Of a DNA stretch of 14,119 nt, positions 7,517 to 14,119 are shown one piece after another. The first letter of the stretch is position 1; the number at the start of each line of letters is the position of its first letter. Origin of the DNA: Candidatus Latescibacterota bacterium (lineage in GTDB: Bacteria; Latescibacterota; UBA2968); contig JAYODI010000010.1 in the NCBI GenBank assembly GCA_038279365.1, positions 105,966 to 120,084 on the forward strand, written 5' to 3'. The position numbers were made by a program, and so were the translations under genes. The notes under the pieces were generated by a model. It worked only from the letters and a program-made list of their open reading frames with translations, made no database searches and was not told the DNA's origin.

Positions 7517-10500
7517 TTAAAACCTCAATCCTCCTTGTTGATTACCACCAACCCTTCCACGGTTTCCCCTTCCACCAAAATTCCACGTGGGCATCTCTTC
7601 TTCATAAACATCAAATGGTTTGTCGGGGTCAATAAAACGCCAACGGATGGCATCGGCATAGAGCATTCCTGGAGACAAATCGGGCAATTCAACCCTTGCA
7701 ATATCGCCTTTTTCAAACTTATAACGCCCCAAAGAATTCCACCCCGCTTTCATTTTATCTCGTTCAAATTGAAGGGTGTCTACTGTGTTTTGGTGAAAGA
7801 CCAACAATGAAAACAATGCCCCAATACGCATTCGTCTTGCCATTTCTGGGTCTAAAAAATAATAAGCAACATCATACTCACCAGTTTTGGGTATTGGGGT
7901 TGTCCAAATAGCGGGTTGCGCCCCATCGCCAGGACTTTTATATCGATAATTGGTTTCGTATCGACCATAAGCCATAGGCATTGTACGCTCCTTCCAGTTC
8001 CCACCCTGAAGTTCTGGTCGTAAATATTTTCGTTCGCGGCGCACGGGCATCTCAAACCCATCGTCGTCGTTATCAACAACCAACTCAATATCCGTTTCTT
8101 CTGAATGCGTTACATCTTTCACATATGCTTCTGGAAATCCCGTCACCACCTGGTCGGGTATGCGAACCGGTGACATGAGGATTCGACGATTCCGAGAAAA
8201 AAACGGTTCGATCATTACCCGAAAAGGTTGTTCCCACATGATCATAGACACTTCAACTTCTTGTCCACCTTCAATTTCAACCCCCTTAACCGCCTCATCC
8301 CCTCTGCCCATTGCGGACACTTGAACAAACCCTCGTCCAGGTTCCCCATTGCGAATCCGAACAATAACTTGATAAACCACCATGCCAAAACCATCATCTA
8401 CTTTATTTGCGATCGCTCGAGTAAGGGTATAACCTGGCACATCCGTACTATGCAACCAATCTCTCATTATTTTTTGAAGGTTTTTATTGGATTCACTTTT
8501 TAATGTATCTCCAACAGCAGCACGTTCAAATGATGCAAAATCTATTTCTTCATACTGATATTCCTTTTCAACATCTTCTACCAATCCCAAAAATTCACTT
8601 TCGCCCAAATAAGCCTTTAGCATTTTGAACATGGCTGGGCCTTTGGCCTCCACCACCTGGCGGTAAAGTTTGGCTTCTTCAGTGGGGTTGAGTTCTGAAA
8701 ATGAACGCTGTTGCATTTTGGCCACAAGCGTATCCCAAGCGGCACTGTTTTCATTAATATTCGGACGCTGAAAACCACCTCGACTTCGCCCCCCTCCTCG
8801 CCCAGCATAAAGCGATGATTGCAAATTGCTGCTCAGATCTTGTTGTAAAAACAGTGGCATCCCTTGTTTTACTAAGGCATAATGGTCTCCCGAAAAAGAT
8901 TTATTAAATGACCATAACTGCACAACTGGGCTACGAAACACACCCGATTGAGAAGAACCTCGCCCACTTGAATTGTTAAAAAACGTGCTCATAACAGCTC
9001 TGACAAATAAATCTCGTTTGATCTGTTTGGGTTCCCGATTGCCCCGGCTGCGCTTTTCTTGGAGGGAAAAATCACGCCGAAAACGCTGCCGATAGAGGGT
9101 GTCTTCTTCTATCATAAGCACCCCTGGGCTTGTCAATCCACCAGTTTCCTCCCAGCCTTCCCAATACCATTGAACTTGAAAAGGCACTTCCACCACAGAA
9201 AGTCGGGGGTATGGATAAAACAACCCAGACTCTTGTTCCATGGCATCTATTATTTGCCCCAAAGCTTCAATTACTTCTTCCTTTGCATCTTCAAAAAAAG
9301 CCACTTGCTTCCAGTGAGATGGGTGCACATAAAGCACACAGTTTATGTCGTGAATATTCGCTTCAATTTTTTTATATATCCCAGCATTTAATGATAACTG
9401 TGGAATCGGTTTTTCTGAGATCCATTCCTGTTTAATTTTTGTATCTGTCGTGTCAGTTTGGGTCGGACTGCCTTGGGTAATGACTTCCAAGCCTTTGGAA
9501 AAAAACAAGGTCAAATGCGTTGTTGAAAACGATTCGGTGCGCCCATTTTCATAACCATAATCCACCCCCGATACCGGATACCATCGGCTACGCGCTGGCA
9601 AAAATACGGAATTCTTTTCTACCCACGCCGTCATAGAACCTTTATTTATTGGCCCATCACGTTTTTTTAATCTGGGCTCACCAAGTTCACGCTGCAGGTC
9701 GAAACCTTCTACATCTATATTTCCCTGGTAAGCCACTTGAAGGACCAGGCTATCCCCCAATGCCAACGCTTGCTCTAACTTTATTTTTATCACACTGCCA
9801 ACTTGCATCCACTTGAGATCTTGGTGATTGATTTTTAATAACGAAACTTTAAGGCCAGAATTAAGCGATAAAATCAATGTGTCTATGGCAACTTTATTTA
9901 CATTTTTTAGATGGATATTTCCACCCACTTTAAGAGGAATATTTTGATTTAATTCGATGGATAAGTCATAATGTGTAATAGATGCTATGGGTTTTGTTGT
10001 CTGAGACTTTTGAATTTGCAGCAGATAAGAACGATAGTCTCGCAGGGATTCTTCAAATGCATTTAATTGCCAATAAGTCACGCCTGCTCCGACCAAACCC
10101 ACAATTGCCAAAGCTCTTCCAAACCAACGCCAAGACAACGATTGTGGCAATCGGGGATATCGATCTATGGATAACCCAAAAAGCCCCAACGCCAAAAGCA
10201 AATACAGCAAACGAAGCACATAAACACGATCAATATTTCCCAAACCCAGCAGATCGGAATAATACAAAGGGGCATAAAATGCTCCAAAATCGAAAAGACC
10301 ATCGTATCGTCGCCCCAAAACCAAAAGTACACCCAGTGCATAGGCAATTACCAGCAACGCTACGGCAGCTTGTCTGCGAAAAACGGCCCCTAAAAAAAAT
10401 GTAAACGAAGACATATAGATCAAACCTGGCACATTCATCAATAACAAATAACCCAAATAAGGCCGGAGAGAAAGTGGCTCACCTGTAATACTTATTTTGG

Positions 10501-10897
10501 CTGCTTGGATGGCCAGTGTTAAAACCATGACACCTATACTTAATGAAACCAATGCCCCAACAACGCCCAAATATTTACCAGTAACCAACTCGGCGGTCGA
10601 AATGGGTCTTGCTGCCACCACCTCATAGATATGTGCACGTTCATCAGCAGCCCGAAAGTCACCAACGATAAACGCAATTACAATGGTCTGCAAGAAGCTA
10701 TAGACATAAAATGGCATAAATGTGCCCAAACCCATGTAAGGCAGTTCAACGCCTCGGGCTTCGGCAATGGCCAATCCAACACCAATAAGCACAGGTATCC
10801 CCATGCCTAAGCCACCCAAAATGCGAAACTTGGTGGTGCGCAATAACATTTTGCGTTCATATCGGGCAACGCCTAAGATATTCCAAAAAGCAATCAT
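7517..10897 (-). CDS. Fusion protein, 1126 aa: ABC-2-type permease + degenerate M1 aminopeptidase-like domain + golvesin/xanthan-lyase C-terminal-like beta-sandwich domain
   Basis: N-terminal ~270 aa has several hydrophobic segments and ABC-2 hallmarks (VARYERKMLLR, ARPISTAELVTGKYLG). The middle has M1-scaffold motifs (ITHYDLSIEL, WYPV, YPYPRLSVVEVP, KGPAMFKMLKAYLGESEF, RDWLHSTDVPGY) but no HExxH. The C-terminus reads VVDNDDDGF...AIWTTPIPKTGEYDV...GWNSLGRYKF...YADAIRW. Start overlaps the ATPase stop (ATGA). Confidence 0.82.
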   Translation of the reverse strand: MIAFWNILGVARYERKMLLRTTKFRILGGLGMGIPVLIGVGLAIAEARGVELPYMGLGTFMPFYVYSFLQTIVIAFIVGDFRAADERAHIYEVVAARPISTAELVTGKYLGVVGALVSLSIGVMVLTLAIQAAKISITGEPLSLRPYLGYLLLMNVPGLIYMSSFTFFLGAVFRRQAAVALLVIAYALGVLLVLGRRYDGLFDFGAFYAPLYYSDLLGLGNIDRVYVLRLLYLLLALGLFGLSIDRYPRLPQSLSWRWFGRALAIVGLVGAGVTYWQLNAFEESLRDYRSYLLQIQKSQTTKPIASITHYDLSIELNQNIPLKVGGNIHLKNVNKVAIDTLILSLNSGLKVSLLKINHQDLKWMQVGSVIKIKLEQALALGDSLVLQVAYQGNIDVEGFDLQRELGEPRLKKRDGPINKGSMTAWVEKNSVFLPARSRWYPVSGVDYGYENGRTESFSTTHLTLFFSKGLEVITQGSPTQTDTTDTKIKQEWISEKPIPQLSLNAGIYKKIEANIHDINCVLYVHPSHWKQVAFFEDAKEEVIEALGQIIDAMEQESGLFYPYPRLSVVEVPFQVQWYWEGWEETGGLTSPGVLMIEEDTLYRQRFRRDFSLQEKRSRGNREPKQIKRDLFVRAVMSTFFNNSSGRGSSQSGVFRSPVVQLWSFNKSFSGDHYALVKQGMPLFLQQDLSSNLQSSLYAGRGGGRSRGGFQRPNINENSAAWDTLVAKMQQRSFSELNPTEEAKLYRQVVEAKGPAMFKMLKAYLGESEFLGLVEDVEKEYQYEEIDFASFERAAVGDTLKSESNKNLQKIMRDWLHSTDVPGYTLTRAIANKVDDGFGMVVYQVIVRIRNGEPGRGFVQVSAMGRGDEAVKGVEIEGGQEVEVSMIMWEQPFRVMIEPFFSRNRRILMSPVRIPDQVVTGFPEAYVKDVTHSEETDIELVVDNDDDGFEMPVRRERKYLRPELQGGNWKERTMPMAYGRYETNYRYKSPGDGAQPAIWTTPIPKTGEYDVAYYFLDPEMARRMRIGALFSLLVFHQNTVDTLQFERDKMKAGWNSLGRYKFEKGDIARVELPDLSPGMLYADAIRWRFIDPDKPFDVYEEEMPTWNFGGRGNRGRVGGNQQGGLRF

Positions 10898-11814
10898 ATT
10901 TTCAGGTCTTCATTTTGTGAGATTTTGTGAGAAATCTCCGCATCATCCTCATCCATAAAATAAACATATGCATCTTCCAAATTGGGTAAAACACTCCTTG
11001 CTTGCAAGGGAGGTTTTGCGTCTCCTACCATGCGCAATTTCAATAAACCACCTTCAACCTGTACGTTTACCACCCGAAATTGCCTCGATAACTCTTCAAA
11101 GCGCGTATCATTAACTTCCATTTCCCACGTTTTATTTTGGGCTTGTTGAATTAAGTTTGATGGGGAACCACGAAAAACCAATTTACCCATTTTCAAAATC
11201 GCAACATCATCACAGATACTTGAAATATCGCCCACAATATGGGTTGAAATGAGAATTGCTCTGTCTCGGCTTAAGCGTGCCAATATCCCTCGAAAACGAA
11301 TGCGTTCTTCCGGGTCCAAACCGACAGTAGGTTCATCGACAATCAAAAACTCTGGATCACCCAAGATGGCTTGAGCAATGCCCAAGCGGCGCATCATGCC
11401 ACCAGAAAATGTGCCCGATTCTCGATTGCGGGCATCCAATAATCCCACATCATTTAAGGCCTTTTCGACACGTAACTGGCGGTTCTTAGAGTCATGTAAT
11501 CCTGCCAGCAATGCCATATAATCTAAAAATTCAATTGCAGTAAGTTTGGGATACGTTCCAAAATGTTGTGGCAAATATCCCAAACGCTTTCGGATCTCAG
11601 TACGGTTATGCTTTAAATCCAAATGATCCATTTGTACCCTACCCGATGATGGCTCAATTTGGGTGGATAAGATTTTAATTAAGGTCGTTTTCCCTGCACC
11701 ATTGGGGCCAAGCAATCCAAAAGTGCCGGGAGGAATATCAAAGGTCACTTGATCAAGGGAAGCCCTTGGGCTTTTGGGATACACTTTTGTCAGATTTTGA
11801 ATTTTTATAATCAC
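10894..11814 (-). CDS. ABC transporter ATP-binding protein (ABC-2/DrrA-like exporter ATPase), 306 aa
   Basis: Walker A GPNGAGKT, Q-loop YLPQ, signature FSGGM, Walker B FLIVDEP, H-loop STH, C-terminal PNLEDAY. GTG start. Confidence 0.96.
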   Translation of the reverse strand: MIIKIQNLTKVYPKSPRASLDQVTFDIPPGTFGLLGPNGAGKTTLIKILSTQIEPSSGRVQMDHLDLKHNRTEIRKRLGYLPQHFGTYPKLTAIEFLDYMALLAGLHDSKNRQLRVEKALNDVGLLDARNRESGTFSGGMMRRLGIAQAILGDPEFLIVDEPTVGLDPEERIRFRGILARLSRDRAILISTHIVGDISSICDDVAILKMGKLVFRGSPSNLIQQAQNKTWEMEVNDTRFEELSRQFRVVNVQVEGGLLKLRMVGDAKPPLQARSVLPNLEDAYVYFMDEDDAEISHKISQNEDLKI

Positions 11815-11848
11815 GGCATCTCTTTCATTTATGTTTCAATTTGAAAAA

Positions 11849-11877
11849 TTAGACTGTTGTATTTTATGGTATGTTCC
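11849..11877 (-). promoter_or_regulatory. Putative ECF sigma (RpoE/AlgU-type) promoter for the ABC/RND operon
   Basis: Minus strand reads GGAACAT-accataaaatacaaca (16 nt)-GTCTAA, versus the sigmaE consensus GGAACTT-N16-GTCNAA. It lies 34 nt upstream of the GTG start and downstream of a terminator. Confidence 0.6.
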
Positions 11878-11912
11878 CATTGTGTTATTAAATGAATAAT
11901 TGTTCATATATA

Positions 11913-11951
11913 AAAAAGACTTTTCAACCCAAAAGGTTAAAAAGTCTTTTT
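11913..11951 (-). terminator. Rho-independent terminator after cheV, possibly bidirectional
   Basis: 17-bp inverted repeat. Minus strand reads AAAAAGACTTTTTAACC-ttttg-GGTTGAAAAGTCTTTTT, ending in a U-tract. The single mismatch forms a G.U pair only on the minus-strand transcript. Located ~55 nt past the cheV stop. Confidence 0.75.
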
Positions 11952-12004
11952 ATTTAACTTATAAACAACAATGATCTGTTTGATCCCAATTAAGAACGAT
12001 CAAA

Positions 12005-12910
12005 TCAAGCAGGAATCATCTCGAACAAGTTGGCAATGGTAGCAATCAGTTTTTCCGGTTCAGCCTTTGAAATGTGTCCATCAGCTCCAACAGCTTCACA
12101 TTTAGAAACCATTTGATCTGTTATTAGAGATGACAATATCAACACTTTTAAGCTTGGAAATTGCAGCTTCACTTTTTTACACAAAGTTAATCCATCTAAA
12201 ACAGGCATTTCAATATCAGAAATGAGCACATCAAACCCCTCTTCTGGATGGGTTCTTTCCATAGAGACAATTTGATCGTATGCCTCTTGCCCATTGCCAC
12301 ATATTACAACACGCTTAAAACCTGCCTTATCCAACATTTTGGAAAGTTGCTGTCGAACCAATGCAGAGTCATCTGCCACGATCAAACGCCAAGCACTGGG
12401 ATCAAAACCTGAAACCACATCCAAAGAATGGGTTTCTTGATGCTTTCTGCCCACAACTTCGCCTACTATACTTTCTAAGTCCATAATCATTATTTCACGG
12501 TTTTCAATTGGCACAATACCTGTAATCATGGCTTGTATTTTTTGCACCAAATATGATGGAGACTGACTCTGATCCCAAGATATCCTATAAATCTTGGTGA
12601 GTCCCTCAACTAAAAACCCATAAGAAGATTTATTAAATTCACAAATGACTGCCACCATATCAGTTGCAGGCTTTTTTTCATGCCCAAAATATGTACCTAA
12701 ATCTATAAGAGGTAGTGATTTGTCACGAAACAAAAACATACCCTTAACCGCTGGGTGTAAACCATATATTTTGGTAAGGCTTTTGGAATCATAGCTCACA
12801 ATCTGTTTTACCTTTAATACATTCACACCATAACTTTGCCCACCAACCAACAATTCCAAAACTTCCACTTCATTGGTTCCCGTTTCGAGCAAAATACCTT
12901 TGTCGTTCAT
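12005..12910 (-). CDS. cheV: Chemotaxis protein CheV (CheW + receiver domain), 301 aa
   Basis: CheV-typical N-terminus ILLETGTNEVEVL, YGVNVLKVKQIV, HPAVKGMFLFRDKSLPLIDL (CheW-like). The REC domain has IVADDS, phosphoacceptor SDIEMPVLDG, LILSS and HISK. Confidence 0.9.
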   Translation of the reverse strand: MNDKGILLETGTNEVEVLELLVGGQSYGVNVLKVKQIVSYDSKSLTKIYGLHPAVKGMFLFRDKSLPLIDLGTYFGHEKKPATDMVAVICEFNKSSYGFLVEGLTKIYRISWDQSQSPSYLVQKIQAMITGIVPIENREIMIMDLESIVGEVVGRKHQETHSLDVVSGFDPSAWRLIVADDSALVRQQLSKMLDKAGFKRVVICGNGQEAYDQIVSMERTHPEEGFDVLISDIEMPVLDGLTLCKKVKLQFPSLKVLILSSLITDQMVSKCEAVGADGHISKAEPEKLIATIANLFEMIPA

Positions 12911-13009
12911 TTTTCATTGTCCCTTTCTCGGCTATTTGGCGATGATGTGTCGGCAAATCACAGTTTTAGGCGTTTTTAAAGTGTGTTTGATATGTAAAAT
13001 GCCTAAGAT

Positions 13010-13026
13010 TGCAATAACCGTTCCAA
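13010..13026 (-). promoter_or_regulatory. Putative sigma54 (-24/-12) promoter of cheV
   Basis: Minus strand TTGGAACGGTTATTGCA: GG-N10-GC spacing with one mismatch to TGGCACG-N4-TTGCW. Located in the fdhD-cheV intergenic gap, ~100 nt upstream of the ATG. Confidence 0.6.
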
Positions 13027-13046
13027 GAGACATCCAAGTTTTTGTT

Positions 13047-13847
13047 TTATCCAGTATAGAGGTTATATCGATTGCCACGGGCAAAACCAACCAGGGTGAT
13101 TTTTAATGCCTGAGCCAACTCAACCGCCAATGATGTGGGCGCCGATATGCCAATAACCACAGAAATGCGTCCCATTGCTGCTTTTTGTATAATCTCAAAA
13201 CTCACCCGCCCACTCACAACAAGCGTTGTTGCCGTTCCTAACCCATCACTTTCAAATAATTTCCCAATGACCTTATCTGTTGCATTGTGTCGTCCAACAT
13301 CCTCAAAACACGCCAACAAATCTCCAGAGCGTGAAAATGCAGCCACGGCATGAACACCCCCAGTTAAATCAAATAGGGGTTGTTGCGAAGACAATTTTGT
13401 CACACATTGGGCTACTTGATCACTTTGAATGGGTAAAAAAACAGGAAATGGTTGACACCTTTCGATCAAGTCTTCAATTTGAGTTCTGCCACAAACACCA
13501 CAGGCAGAACCAATTAGCGTTCCTCTTTTGATATTAGTTTTTTTTTCAAAGTTCAATAGGACACCGGGTGCTGGTTGCACATCGACCACATTCCCATATT
13601 CTGGCGTGCCAAGTCGCCCACAATGAAAAACTTTTCCAATTTGACTGCGTTTTTCAACAAACCCTTCAGAAAAGAAAAAACCTTGGGCCAACAAATAATC
13701 ATGACCTGGTGTTCGCATCGTGGTGGCAATGGTTTCACCAGACAACCGCAATTCCAAAGGTTCTTCTATTGCCAACCAATCATCTTGAGCGTAATTCATA
13801 TCTCCAAATTTTACAATCCTTTGGATTTTAGATCTTTCTTTTATCAT
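13047..13847 (-). CDS. fdhD: Formate dehydrogenase accessory sulfurtransferase FdhD, 266 aa
   Basis: EEPLELR, MRTPGHD...GFFFSEG, SACGVCG (CxxC), TGGVHA, EDVGRHNATDKVIG, SGRVSFEIIQKA, SAPTSLAV, LVGFAR. Confidence 0.96.
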   Translation of the reverse strand: MIKERSKIQRIVKFGDMNYAQDDWLAIEEPLELRLSGETIATTMRTPGHDYLLAQGFFFSEGFVEKRSQIGKVFHCGRLGTPEYGNVVDVQPAPGVLLNFEKKTNIKRGTLIGSACGVCGRTQIEDLIERCQPFPVFLPIQSDQVAQCVTKLSSQQPLFDLTGGVHAVAAFSRSGDLLACFEDVGRHNATDKVIGKLFESDGLGTATTLVVSGRVSFEIIQKAAMGRISVVIGISAPTSLAVELAQALKITLVGFARGNRYNLYTG

Positions 13848-14015
13848 AAATGGGTCCTATGTGTTGTTTAAATGAGAGTCCGCTGACCTATTTGTAATAA
13901 TTTCTGCAACAAAATCCAAATCGACGGTTTCTGCATTACTTTGAGTTCGCAAATACAAATCGATTAAACCCATATATAACAATGAATTAACTTTTTGCAA
14001 TGCATTGCAGTCAAT

Positions 14016-14032
14016 TTGGCATAAAGTTTGCG
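14016..14032 (+). promoter_or_regulatory. Putative sigma54 promoter for a divergent gene beyond the right edge
   Basis: TTGGCATAAAGTTTGCG has TGGCA-N6-TTGC with GG-N10-GC spacing. It is intergenic and is followed by AGGAG at the window end. Confidence 0.55.
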
Positions 14033-14114
14033 ATTCCTTTTTGTAAGGATAAAGCTGTTGCAATGCTGTTTTGAAAATATATGAATTACTTAAATAAGGT
14101 CAGGAAACATATAT

Positions 14115-14119
14115 AGGAG
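14115..14119 (+). promoter_or_regulatory. Probable Shine-Dalgarno sequence of a plus-strand gene starting just outside the window
   Basis: AGGAG at the extreme end after an AT-rich leader. The start codon is not visible. Confidence 0.45.

Noticed and set aside
7517-10897. Calling this protein an active aminopeptidase N or a xanthan lyase
   Set aside because: No HExxH, GAMEN or catalytic Tyr, and no apparent lyase catalytic domain.
12925-12980. sigma28 promoter for cheV (GCCGACAC and GCCGAGAA -10-like boxes)
   Set aside because: No TAAA at the 15-nt spacing for either box; the sigma54 match is better.
489-13871. Numerous short plus-strand and off-frame minus-strand ORFs in the track
   Set aside because: They overlap well-supported long genes and show no recognisable motifs.
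13857-14063. 68-aa minus-strand ORF upstream of fdhD
   Set aside because: TTG start, no clear RBS, no recognisable motif, and it overlaps the putative regulatory elements. It cannot be fully excluded.
1-14119. CRISPR arrays, tRNA/rRNA, transposases, integrases, phage or defence genes
   Set aside because: None seen. The window is almost entirely coding and the short intergenic gaps have no repeat-spacer or RNA-gene pattern.

Overview
Bacterial, AT-rich window with seven minus-strand genes. From right to left: fdhD (13047-13847); an orphan cheV (12005-12910) with its own sigma54-like promoter; an intrinsic terminator (~11913-11951); then a tightly coupled five-gene envelope transport operon that runs off the left edge. 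The operon encodes an ABC ATPase, a 1126-aa fusion protein (ABC-2-type permease + apparently catalytically dead M1-aminopeptidase-like domain + golvesin/xanthan-lyase C-terminal-like domain), an RND periplasmic adaptor and two paralogous RND permeases. The second RND (<2-3331) is missing from the supplied ORF track because it has no stop in the window. It continues past the normal RND C-terminus through two extra hydrophobic helices into 'VIQLRNL', which resembles the first strand of an ABC ATPase domain and suggests an RND-ABC ATPase fusion. A close match to an RpoE/AlgU-type ECF promoter (GGAACAT-N16-GTCTAA) precedes the operon. At the right edge, a plus-strand sigma54-like promoter and an AGGAG point to a divergent gene outside the window. 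The best candidate novel system is this hybrid RND/ABC exporter with a pseudo-peptidase receptor. All domain calls come from reading motifs by eye; no database searches were run.
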